A DNA stretch of 49,765 nucleotides from Oscillospiraceae bacterium (GCA_031255175.1 JAIRTA010000012.1:1-49765); one strand, 5' to 3'; counted from the first letter of the stretch, positions 27,681 to 37,014 are shown. Notes: generated from the letters alone by a model not told the origin. Numbers and translations are program-made.

Positions 27681-30600
27681 TCAGGTGACGGAGACCGTCA
27701 CAAGATGGGTGGCGCCGCCGAATTCATCCGACGCGCGCACCACGACAAGTGCCGTGCCCGCCTTTTTGCCGGTGACAACCCAGGCGCCGTTCACCATGTC
27801 CGCCGTCGCGATGGCGGTGTTTGAGGACGTCACGGTGTACGCCTCCCTCGGCAGCGCTTCCACGTCTAGGTTCAGCGGCGCTTTGCCCTTGATGCGCAGC
27901 GAGATGCGCGCCGACGAGTGCGCCCGCACCTTCGCCGGGATCGCCGCGGACTCCGCGGGGCCGCCCAGCGTCACATAGCAGCGGTGCCCGCCGACCCACG
28001 GCAGATCCGCCGTCGCCTCCGCCGGCAGCGTGACGTCCATGCGTCCGCTGTCGTCCGCCGCCACATAGGCGTGGTAGTCGTCCGTCTCCGCCGGCGTGTA
28101 GTTGTAGCCGATGCGCAGCCAAACCCGTTCGCCCGGTTCGAAGCCGGACCCCGTAACCGTCACGGTCCGGGTCTCCCGGTCGGCCGCGGCGTCAAACGCA
28201 AAGTCGGCCGCGAAGTCGGCTTTGCCGTACACCTCGATCTCGGCGAGCTGCAGGCGGTTGTAGGCGGCGTTCTCGTTCGTCGCGGACAGGCCCAGCATCG
28301 TCGTCACAACGCGCACATAGCGCGCCTGCGTAAAGTCGAAGACATATTCGCCCCGGCCCTGCGCCTCCGTCGGCGCCGATTCGTTCGTCACTGTTTTGAC
28401 GGTCTCGTAGTTTGTGCCGTCAACGCTCAATTGGATCGTGAAATCCTGCGGATAGTTCGCATAACCGCCCTCGGCCGTCAGCGCGTCCGTCCGCGGGTAG
28501 AGATACACCCTGTCGACGTTCTTCACGGTCTCGAGGTCGATCGTGATCTTATGCGGGTCGCCGGAGATGTCGCGCCGGCTGTGGTAGATATTTGTCGTAA
28601 ACCCGCCTTTTCCGGAGCGGCTGAGCCGCTCGCCGTCCACCAAGTTGTTCGCGCCCCAAGTGCCGTCAGTGGGCGCCGACATGGCATTGTCGGCCGCGAC
28701 GGGCACCTTCCCGCGCGCCAGATTGAGGGGGCCGACCCACCCGGTGTGCGCCAGCAGGGTGCGGTCCTCATCCATGCGAATTGTGTATTCCATCCGCGTC
28801 TCGTCGCCGAGGTCGGCGCCGTCGATCTCCGTCACGCCGTATTCGCCCGCGTAGCGGGACGCAAACCGGACCTGCACATCCTCACCCTTCGGGAAGATGC
28901 CCAGATACGGAGCCGGCTGCAACGTGCCGTTGATATAGATCCGGACATTGGCCCGGTCGGTCACATCCACGCGGAGGGCCTGGATTTCGGGTTCGGAACC
29001 CGTGACGAGGTAAGCGCCCATCTCACTGAGCTGCATCCGGTAGTTGGTTCCGCCTCCGTCGTCGCTGGCCGGCGTACCCAGGCGGGTGCAAACGATGCGG
29101 AGATACCGCCAGGTCTGCGTCTCAAAGTTGATCACATACGGGGCAAAATAGGGGGGCTCGGCGTCTGTCTCAGACCGGATGACCGTCCAGTCGGATCCGT
29201 TTTGCGATCCCTCCAGGCGGAAGTCGCGCGGGAATCCCGCCATCTTTCCATCCATCGTGAACGCGTCGCTCCGGGGGTAGAGCTGTATGCGGTTGAACGG
29301 CTTGGGCGCGCCCATGTCGAAGGTGACGGTCGGGATGTTGTTCCCGGTGGGGTTCTCTCCCACGATCGCGCTGGTCCAACCGTTGCGGCCGTTTCGGGCC
29401 GTCAGCAGGCCGTCGATCAGGTTGCCCCGGCCCCACGCGCCGTTCATCTCGTTTGTATGGTTGGCCTGCGCCGTAACCGTCGACCCGGCCAGCAGATTTT
29501 CGCCGCCGATCCATTTGAACCGGGCCGCGAAGGTCTCTTCTCCGGTCACGCCCTCAACGGTCCGCGGATTGTCGGTTGTTCCGTCTTCCCACGCCTCAAA
29601 CGCGAAGTCCACGTCGTTGTAGGGGCGCACAGACAGAGAGAGCGTCTCTTTGGAGCCCACGGTCACCAGCGCCGGCGTCTTCTGAGACCGGGCTTCGCCG
29701 GTGGCAAAGCGGGTCGTCACCTCGGCGACGGCGTCGGGCGTATCGCTCTGGACCGTCAGGTCGTAGCGCTCTCCGATGACCGCCACGGCGGACGTGAACG
29801 CGTATGAGCCGGACAGCACCTCGTAGGCGGCCCGCTGCGTCGCCTCGTCGTACCCCAGGTAGGTGACGCCCTCCGCCTCGGCGGCGGCCACCGCGCCCTC
29901 CCGCACCAGCGCGGGGTTTTGGGTCGGAACAAGCACGGTGGCGCTGGTGTTGGCCGGCACGGTGAAGTTGTAGGCGAAGTCGCCGGTGTCTTGATCCCAA
30001 GTCCAGGCGCTCTCGACGCGGCCCGACACGGAGTCGTAACGGCCGCGGGCATAGGTGAGCGTCCCCCCGTACTGCGGGTCTAAGACAAAGTGGCGGAACC
30101 CGGGCGCCGCCTCGTCGCGCCGGATGCCCAGCACGCCGGACATCATCCACTCGCCGATGGAACCGAAGGCGTAATGGTTGAAGGAATTCATCCCCGTCGG
30201 GCCAAAGCCGTCTGCGACGGTATAGGAGTTCCAGCGTTCCCAGGTGGTGGTGGCGCCCTGGTTGATGCTGTAGATCCAGGAGGGGTCTTTCTCCTGCTCC
30301 AACAACCGGAAGGCCGCCTCCGGCTGTCCGTTTTGCGAGAGCGCGGGCGTCAAATAGCTGATGCCGATAAACCCGGAGCTCAGTGTCCAGCCGCGGTCGC
30401 GGATGTTTTCCATCAGCTTCTCGGCCAGGAAGGCGTTGTCGGCCTCGTCTGTCAGCCCGAAGTAGATGAGCATCGCGTACGGCGTCTGCGTGGTCGCCTT
30501 CAGCGTGCCGTCCGCGTTGCGGAACGTGGCCATGAATGCGTTTACGATGTTTTGCGTGACGGCCTCATATTGGTCCGCGATCGCCGTCTCGCCGATGACG

Positions 30601-33600
30601 CGGGCCATTTTGGCGAAGAGCTTGTTCGAATACGCCGAAAACAGCGTGTTGGTCATGTCTCTGGGTGAGTCCACCACCGAGACCCAGTCGCCGTAGTTGT
30701 TGTCGCGCCCGGTGTAACGGTTGCGGATATAGCCGCTGCTCCGCTCGGGCGCGTTGAGGAAGTCGCACCAGGCCTTCATCGATTCGAAGCTGTCGCGGAT
30801 GATCTGCTCGTCGCCGTACTGCTGATACATCTGCCACGGGACAATGACGGCTCCGTCGCCCCAGGCGTTTGACCACTGCGTGAAACCGGATGTGCGCACG
30901 GCCGGGATCAGCACGGGCACAAGCCCCTTATGTGCCTCCGACGTCTCCTCATTCAGCTGGTAATCGCGCAGATCGCGCAGCCATTTGGCGTAGAACCGGT
31001 CGGCGTTCGCCAGATAGACGCCCGTGCCGGCGAAGATCTGGGTGTCGCCGGTGTAGCCCAGGCGCTCGTCGCGGTTCGGGCAGTCGGTGGGGATAGAGAC
31101 AAAGTTGCCGCGCATACCCCAGACGACGTTGGAGTAAAGCTGGTTCACCTTGGGGTTGGACGTCTCAAACGCGCTGGTGAGCGCGTTGTCGGAGCTGATG
31201 GCAATGGCCGTGACGTCCTCCGGCGGGATGGCCTCGTCCACACCGGTGATCTCGATGTACCGGAAGCCGTGGAAGGTGAAGCGCGGCGTATACGTCTCGC
31301 CCGCCGGGTCTCCCTTTAACGTGTAATAGTCGTAGGCGACCGGCACCTGTTGGTCTCGCAGGTTGGCCCGGTAGACGGTGCCTATGGGGCCGTCGCCGTT
31401 ATTTACGGCCGCCTCACCGGGATTTTTGTAGGCGCTGGCGGTGTTCAGCATCTCGCCGTGCCGGATCATGATCCGGGTGCCCGCGGCGCCCTTCACCTTG
31501 ATGGTGACGAACCCGGCGATGTTCTGCCCGAAATCGTAGGTGTACTGACCGGAAACAGGCTCTGTCAGTATGGGATTTTCAAACCGTTCCACCTCGCGCA
31601 CGGGCGGCCCGATCTGCGGTACAAGCTGCACCGTGGCGGGCGGCGGGGTGTGAATCCCGGCGGGCGTCCAGCCGGCCGCGTCGTACCCGGCCGTGTTCCA
31701 ACCGGCGCAGTCGTAGCGCGCGTCGTAAGTCTCCCCCGCGTAGTTCTCGGCGTATAGGATCGGCCCGGGGTGGTACCGCCAGCTCCCGTCGGTCACGATG
31801 ACCTGCTCTGTGCCGTCCTCATAGGTGATAACCAGCTTACCCAGCAGCGACTGGGTGCTTCCGTACATGTTGTACCCGTAGAGCTGGTGCGGGCCGGAGT
31901 ACCAGCCCATGCCCAGCATGCCTCCGATGGCGTTGCCGCCGGGCCGCAGCATACCGGTGACGTCGTAGACTTGATACATGATGGTGTAGTAGTAGTCCGT
32001 CCAGCCGGGGGCCAGGTAGATGTCACCCACCTTCTCCCCGTTGAGCGAAAACTCATAGTAGCCCCGGGCCGTGGCGTAGAGGCGGGCGCTCTTTACGGGT
32101 TTGTCCACGGCAAATTCCTTGCGAAACAGCGGTTCGCCGCCCTCCGGCGGGGCCGGGTCCACAACATTGCGGCTGCCCGTGAACGTCTCGCCGTCCACGC
32201 GGTAGACGCCGTTTTGGGTCGTGCCGCGGGTCCCGAACATTCCGGTGGGCGCGCTGTCGAACGTCTCCGCGTAGAGAAGCCGGTCGCTGTCGCCGGTGTT
32301 GTCCCAGATCTGGATGTTGTCGTACTCTGTGATCTCCTCGTTGTTGTTGTCGTGGATCTGCCGAAAACCAATTTTTCCCAATTTCCAGGTGCCGGCGACG
32401 GCGCGCGCGTCGTCGATGACTGTCAGCGCTCCGCCCTTCGGCCCCACGGATGTGGTGATCACGGCGCCGTTTTGACTCTCTCTCACGACAATCCGGCAGC
32501 GGTACCAGGCGTGTTTGCCCTCCTCGTTGTCGGGGATCACGTTGTCGATCTTAATCTCCGCCATCGAAGCGCCGCCCGGATTCCAGCGGTGGGGCCGGAA
32601 GTAGGGCGTGCCGCCGTAGGGGCGCTCCACCGGATTGATGTTGAACTGCCACATGAGGTAGTTGTTCCCGGCGGAGGCGAAGATCATGCCGCCGCCGTCT
32701 TTGACCATCCGGAAGTCGTATTCGATCGTGTAATCCGCGACGTCCGGGTTTGCGGTGTCGGTCGGTTTCGTGAGCCAGAGAGCGCCGTCCCACGCGGCGC
32801 TCGTCGGGTTCATAAAGCCGGTTTCAAACCAAGCCGGTTCGCTGACGGCGGGCCCGACGTTCGTCTGCACGGTCACGCGCCAGTAGTACCGTGTGGTGGG
32901 CTCCAACGCCTCGCCTTTGTAAGGGATGTTCAATGTGTTGTCGGAAGTCTCAGCCGCCGTCCACACGACGGGGCCGTCGGGCGCGCCCTTCGTCACCGCG
33001 ATCTGATAGCTCTGCTGCCTGACACCCCGGACATCGGAGTCCAGCACCCAGCTCAGGCGCGGGTGTGTCTCGTCCAACCCCAGCGGGTTTGTCTCATACT
33101 CTGTCTGGAGGTTCGTCACCCGCACCGCCGCCGCGGCGTATTCGCCGTCGACCTGGATCTCATATTCGCCGGAACCCAGTTCCACGGTGAGGAAACGTCC
33201 GTCGTTGACGGCGGGCGTTTTGACGCCGTTGATCACAAGCGCCTCCCGCGCCGGGTCGTCGGCGGGGATTGAGACGCGCGCCCGGGCGTTGGCCGGGATC
33301 GTGACGTTCGCCGTGAACGCCGCCGGCGCCGCCCCCGCGTCGAAGGAGACGCAGATCGGCCCTTTGACCGAGGGGCTCTTGATCTCGGCCGTTCTCAGCT
33401 CGGCCCCCGGCTGGAGTTTGATCTGGAAGAGCGAAAAGCCCGGGCTGAGCGGCTTGATGCCAAAGATGCCCTGGGTGATGAGCGCGCCCGGCGTGCTGCC
33501 CCAGGGGTGCGAATAGGTCATGTTGTTTTTGAGCTGCGGACTCCAGGCCTCGGTGGTGATCGTGGCCTGCTGCGTCTCTATCATCTGGGCCCAGGAGCGC

Positions 33601-36600
33601 ACCACGGAGGGGTCGTCCTCCAGCATGATCTCGCCGGCGAGGTCCCCCGCGCCCGCGTCGTAGAGGCCGCGCAGCACGAAGTACGCGCCGTACACGCTCG
33701 TGCGGAGGTAGCCGCCGCGGTAGGCCTGGGCCGCCTGGGTGCCCTCGTTGAGCGCCTTGTAAGACCGCAAAAAGGCCACCATCTTGTCGGCCATAGCCTG
33801 GTCGGTGTAGACCCCGTAGGCCAGAGCGTAGGCCGTGGCGTGCTGGGCCGTGTGGGTCGTGCGGGTGCCGTCCGCGCGGCACGAATCCCAAAACGCGCCG
33901 GTCTCGGGGTTGTAGAGCTTCTCAATCAGGCTGGCCTTGATGGCGTCGGCCTTGTCTTGATACCAGGCGGCCTCGTCCGCGCGACCCAGGAGCGCGGCGA
34001 TCCTCGCCATATCGCCGTAAGCGCCGTAAGCCACGGCGTTGTAGACGGTGGTAAAAGACCCCACGGTGGTGTTCAGCGCCTGCCGGGAATTGGCGCCGTC
34101 GCGGATGTAGCCGTCCTGTTCGTCCGCCGGCCAGTCGACAATGGCGCCGCCGGACTGCGCCGAGCGGTTGTCGCGGCAGAGGCCCACGGTCTCGTTGAAG
34201 CCGGATTGATAATTGACCGCCCCGCCGTAGGAGGTGGGCAGCTTGCGGTCCAGCAGCGTGTAATACTTTTCGAGGTTCGCCCTGTCCCCGGTGTACAGAT
34301 AGTCCGCCCAGGCCATTTCGATCGAAAACAGCCGGTACTCCGGCGGCCAGGTGGGCCAATCCATCAGGTACTGGTTCGTGTGCCGGGCCAGGGCGTAGTT
34401 GTCTGAGAAGGCGTAGCTGCCGTACTGGTTGAGGATAAGATCACCCTCGTACGCCCGGCGCTCCCGGGAATAGGAGTCTGTGTATTGGTCCTGGTTCGTG
34501 GCCTTTATGGAATATTTTACCAATTCTACCAGTTGGTTGAAAAATTCGTTGTCGCCGGAGCGGAGATAGGAGGCGTCGTCGTCAAAGGCCTGGCGAACAT
34601 GGAGACCCGTCACCATGTCCGTCGTGATCTCGATGGGCGCGTCGACGAATTGGATCCACCGGTAGTTGTACATCAGCATCGAGGGCAGGACGTTGAGCCC
34701 GGGGGCAATGGTCCACGTCATGTTATAATTTGGGTTGTCGCGCCAGCCGTCGTAGCGCACCGTGCCGACGGGCCCGCTTGTGGAACTGTCCGGGTTCGGG
34801 TCCGTGGCCTTGATCAGCGACTCGCCGGGCTGGACAACGAGGGTAAAGGGGCTCCCCGTCGTGTTGTTGATCGCGAGACGGATGCCGCCCACAATGCCCT
34901 TGCCCAGATCCAGCACCTGGTATTCGTGGCCGCCGGCGTTCACCACCGTGCGGCTCACGGCGGGCATGTCAAAGCGCAAAATATTTTCGGCGGTGTAGGG
35001 GGCAAAGATCCGCGGGGACGCGTCGATCTGCCCCTTGTCGTTCGGCACGCGCCAGGAGGCGTCTTCGACGAAGCCCACATCGTTCCACCCGGTGGGGTAA
35101 TAGAGCCCGTTCATCTCCTCAAGCGCCTGGGTCACATAGCCGCCGTTTGTAAAGGACCTGTTGTCGCCGAAGGCGCCGGTGCCGTCCTTGGCCCGCCACT
35201 GGGCCCTGTCGCGCGCGGAGTTGATGAGCACCGCCTTGGTGCCGTCCTCGTAGAAGACCGTGAGCTGGAACAAAACCGACTTTCCGGAGCGGGAGTAATT
35301 GGACGCGGCGATGACGTTCTCACCGTCCTTCAGGAGGTCCGTGACGTCGAAGCTGTTGTAGTAGTAAAGATTTGGCGCCGTGGTGTTGAGCCCGCCGCTC
35401 ATGTTGTATTTGTGCACGCGGGCCGGGCCGACGCCCACCGATTGTCCGTTTATGTAAAGGTCGTAGATGTAAGAGAGGCTGTCGTCGCCTGTTCCGCTCT
35501 CTACCATATACGCCCCGCCGCTGACAACGGCCTTGCGGATGTTCGCCGTGCCGGCCAACGGGAAGGTATGCCGCAGGAAAATGAAGTTGCCCTTTTCGGA
35601 GGGCGCCGTGTTCGGGTTCAGCACGGCCCGGGCCCCTGTTCCCACATTCAGCCGGCCGCTGTCGATCGTGCAGCCCGACCCGAACTGATTGGGCGTCGCG
35701 GCGGTGAAATCGTTCTCATAGAGCACCTCGCCGGCCGGATAGCTCCGAACCACAACGTTGTCCACATAGCCCCGTTCGCTGTTTCCCGTGCGGTAGCCGA
35801 CGCTGCCGGCCGCGATGCGCTGCGCCGCCGCCGTGTAGCTCCGCTCGCCCGCCAGCACGTAGTTGTCCTCCCCGTTGTCCGGCGTGTCGTCGATGTAGGC
35901 CGCGATCTGCACGGGGTTCGCCCCCTGCACCCGGATCTTGACCCGAACGGTCTTGTTGGCCGCCAATGTCCCGGCGGGCAAAGGAATGTCCGCCCCCTCG
36001 ATGGCCATCGCGGTGTTATTTCCAAAGTGCGGTACGATCACATTTCTGTCGATACGAAACTGCCACATATAGGCGTGTGTGTCGTCCGTGGCCCGGAAGT
36101 AGACGCCCAGCGCCACCGCCGTGATCGTGATGTCCTGCTCGATCGTGTAGTCCGTCCACGACAGCGCCGGATTGCTCACACCCTGCGCCAGCCAGACGCC
36201 GTTGGTGGAGGCCCATTCCGACCCCACGGCCGTGACAAAATCGACGGGCTGCGACCAGTCGCTCTCCGCGCCGGACTTGTCCCTCGTCTTGACGCGCCAG
36301 TGATAGAGCGTGTTGGGTGCCAACGTGTTCGCCGGCACGATGTGAGACGCGGCGGCGGTAGACACCCAACCGGTGCCGTATGTGTCAAATGTCTCGGGGC
36401 CTGTTCCCAACTCGAGGCAATAGGCCGTCTGCATCTCGTCGAAATCGCTGTCCTGGAAGATCCACGTCAGGGTGATGTCCTCGGCGTACTCCACATTGTA
36501 CCCCTCGCGCAGCAGGTTCACCTTCAGGTTGTCGGGCGGCAGCGTCGCATTGTCGGGCGGCAGCGCGGCGGAGAACGCCGTCACAGCCGGGACACAGCCC

Positions 36601-36644
36601 GCCACCAGAAACGCGGATAACAAAAGCGCTAAGATCCGTTTCAT
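27681..36644 (-). CDS. Giant multimodular alpha-L-rhamnosidase: two GH78 units in tandem, 2 x F5/8-type-C (CBM32-like) modules and an Ig/Big_2 tail; probable lipoprotein
   Basis: The track ORF is 27681-36770. ATG 36644 lies 6 nt after AAGGAAG, followed by MKRILALLLSAFLVAGC.. (lipobox-like). GH78 unit 2 carries TDCPNRDERLGYTGD (31044-31088, verified codon by codon) and TTTWERWNSY..NSFNHYAFGSIGEW. Unit 1 carries DSYSRERRAYEGD (34440-34478). See the findings for module coordinates. Confidence 0.9.
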   Translation of the reverse strand: MKRILALLLSAFLVAGCVPAVTAFSAALPPDNATLPPDNLKVNLLREGYNVEYAEDITLTWIFQDSDFDEMQTAYCLELGTGPETFDTYGTGWVSTAAASHIVPANTLAPNTLYHWRVKTRDKSGAESDWSQPVDFVTAVGSEWASTNGVWLAQGVSNPALSWTDYTIEQDITITAVALGVYFRATDDTHAYMWQFRIDRNVIVPHFGNNTAMAIEGADIPLPAGTLAANKTVRVKIRVQGANPVQIAAYIDDTPDNGEDNYVLAGERSYTAAAQRIAAGSVGYRTGNSERGYVDNVVVRSYPAGEVLYENDFTAATPNQFGSGCTIDSGRLNVGTGARAVLNPNTAPSEKGNFIFLRHTFPLAGTANIRKAVVSGGAYMVESGTGDDSLSYIYDLYINGQSVGVGPARVHKYNMSGGLNTTAPNLYYYNSFDVTDLLKDGENVIAASNYSRSGKSVLFQLTVFYEDGTKAVLINSARDRAQWRAKDGTGAFGDNRSFTNGGYVTQALEEMNGLYYPTGWNDVGFVEDASWRVPNDKGQIDASPRIFAPYTAENILRFDMPAVSRTVVNAGGHEYQVLDLGKGIVGGIRLAINNTTGSPFTLVVQPGESLIKATDPNPDSSTSGPVGTVRYDGWRDNPNYNMTWTIAPGLNVLPSMLMYNYRWIQFVDAPIEITTDMVTGLHVRQAFDDDASYLRSGDNEFFNQLVELVKYSIKATNQDQYTDSYSRERRAYEGDLILNQYGSYAFSDNYALARHTNQYLMDWPTWPPEYRLFSIEMAWADYLYTGDRANLEKYYTLLDRKLPTSYGGAVNYQSGFNETVGLCRDNRSAQSGGAIVDWPADEQDGYIRDGANSRQALNTTVGSFTTVYNAVAYGAYGDMARIAALLGRADEAAWYQDKADAIKASLIEKLYNPETGAFWDSCRADGTRTTHTAQHATAYALAYGVYTDQAMADKMVAFLRSYKALNEGTQAAQAYRGGYLRTSVYGAYFVLRGLYDAGAGDLAGEIMLEDDPSVVRSWAQMIETQQATITTEAWSPQLKNNMTYSHPWGSTPGALITQGIFGIKPLSPGFSLFQIKLQPGAELRTAEIKSPSVKGPICVSFDAGAAPAAFTANVTIPANARARVSIPADDPAREALVINGVKTPAVNDGRFLTVELGSGEYEIQVDGEYAAAAVRVTNLQTEYETNPLGLDETHPRLSWVLDSDVRGVRQQSYQIAVTKGAPDGPVVWTAAETSDNTLNIPYKGEALEPTTRYYWRVTVQTNVGPAVSEPAWFETGFMNPTSAAWDGALWLTKPTDTANPDVADYTIEYDFRMVKDGGGMIFASAGNNYLMWQFNINPVERPYGGTPYFRPHRWNPGGASMAEIKIDNVIPDNEEGKHAWYRCRIVVRESQNGAVITTSVGPKGGALTVIDDARAVAGTWKLGKIGFRQIHDNNNEEITEYDNIQIWDNTGDSDRLLYAETFDSAPTGMFGTRGTTQNGVYRVDGETFTGSRNVVDPAPPEGGEPLFRKEFAVDKPVKSARLYATARGYYEFSLNGEKVGDIYLAPGWTDYYYTIMYQVYDVTGMLRPGGNAIGGMLGMGWYSGPHQLYGYNMYGSTQSLLGKLVITYEDGTEQVIVTDGSWRYHPGPILYAENYAGETYDARYDCAGWNTAGYDAAGWTPAGIHTPPPATVQLVPQIGPPVREVERFENPILTEPVSGQYTYDFGQNIAGFVTIKVKGAAGTRIMIRHGEMLNTASAYKNPGEAAVNNGDGPIGTVYRANLRDQQVPVAYDYYTLKGDPAGETYTPRFTFHGFRYIEITGVDEAIPPEDVTAIAISSDNALTSAFETSNPKVNQLYSNVVWGMRGNFVSIPTDCPNRDERLGYTGDTQIFAGTGVYLANADRFYAKWLRDLRDYQLNEETSEAHKGLVPVLIPAVRTSGFTQWSNAWGDGAVIVPWQMYQQYGDEQIIRDSFESMKAWCDFLNAPERSSGYIRNRYTGRDNNYGDWVSVVDSPRDMTNTLFSAYSNKLFAKMARVIGETAIADQYEAVTQNIVNAFMATFRNADGTLKATTQTPYAMLIYFGLTDEADNAFLAEKLMENIRDRGWTLSSGFIGISYLTPALSQNGQPEAAFRLLEQEKDPSWIYSINQGATTTWERWNSYTVADGFGPTGMNSFNHYAFGSIGEWMMSGVLGIRRDEAAPGFRHFVLDPQYGGTLTYARGRYDSVSGRVESAWTWDQDTGDFAYNFTVPANTSATVLVPTQNPALVREGAVAAAEAEGVTYLGYDEATQRAAYEVLSGSYAFTSAVAVIGERYDLTVQSDTPDAVAEVTTRFATGEARSQKTPALVTVGSKETLSLSVRPYNDVDFAFEAWEDGTTDNPRTVEGVTGEETFAARFKWIGGENLLAGSTVTAQANHTNEMNGAWGRGNLIDGLLTARNGRNGWTSAIVGENPTGNNIPTVTFDMGAPKPFNRIQLYPRSDAFTMDGKMAGFPRDFRLEGSQNGSDWTVIRSETDAEPPYFAPYVINFETQTWRYLRIVCTRLGTPASDDGGGTNYRMQLSEMGAYLVTGSEPEIQALRVDVTDRANVRIYINGTLQPAPYLGIFPKGEDVQVRFASRYAGEYGVTEIDGADLGDETRMEYTIRMDEDRTLLAHTGWVGPLNLARGKVPVAADNAMSAPTDGTWGANNLVDGERLSRSGKGGFTTNIYHSRRDISGDPHKITIDLETVKNVDRVYLYPRTDALTAEGGYANYPQDFTIQLSVDGTNYETVKTVTNESAPTEAQGRGEYVFDFTQARYVRVVTTMLGLSATNENAAYNRLQLAEIEVYGKADFAADFAFDAAADRETRTVTVTGSGFEPGERVWLRIGYNYTPAETDDYHAYVAADDSGRMDVTLPAEATADLPWVGGHRCYVTLGGPAESAAIPAKVRAHSSARISLRIKGKAPLNLDVEALPREAYTVTSSNTAIATADMVNGAWVVTGKKAGTALVVVRASDEFGGATHLVTVSVT

Positions 36645-36783
36645 AGTTTTCTTCCTTTCTCTCCCCAAATATTTCGGATTTCTTCCCGATAACGCAATAT
36701 TCCGCACCAATGCGTCATCTTCGTCTCTCAAACCCCACCCACTTCCAGTCGCAGACGAGATTTTCGACACAATTCCACACGTC

Positions 36784-36852
36784 TATTATAAGATGCTCTC
36801 CCGCAAAGTAAATGGAAAAAAGGAAACAGTTTGCATGGAAAATAGTAAACTC
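36784..36852 (-). promoter_or_regulatory. Conserved 69-bp promoter/operator module upstream of the giant GH78 gene
   Basis: By hand alignment, 65/69 positions are identical to 45863-45931. On the minus strand it has TTTACT (36807-36812), a 16-nt spacer, and TATAAT (36785-36790). The palindrome AAACAGTTT (36824-36832) lies upstream of the -35. It sits ~140 nt upstream of the ATG. Confidence 0.55.
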
Positions 36853-37014
36853 ACCGGGTTTTTACAATAAATGGAAATTTCTAAGCCGTCTCATCCCTCC
36901 GGTCGTATCAAGAAACATACCAAACACGTCAAAAAAGTCTAAAGACGCTTTGCTCCGGGCTGTATTATAATGGGGTTGCTCATAATAAATTTTGACAGAG
37001 AGGGGGAATTACGC

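Noticed and set aside
36822-36838. TGCAAACTGTTTCC in the shared promoter module as a catabolite-responsive element (cre).
   Set aside because: It matches the cre consensus TGWAANCGNTNWCA at only about 11 of 14 positions and lacks the central CG. I kept it as an unassigned operator candidate rather than calling it cre.
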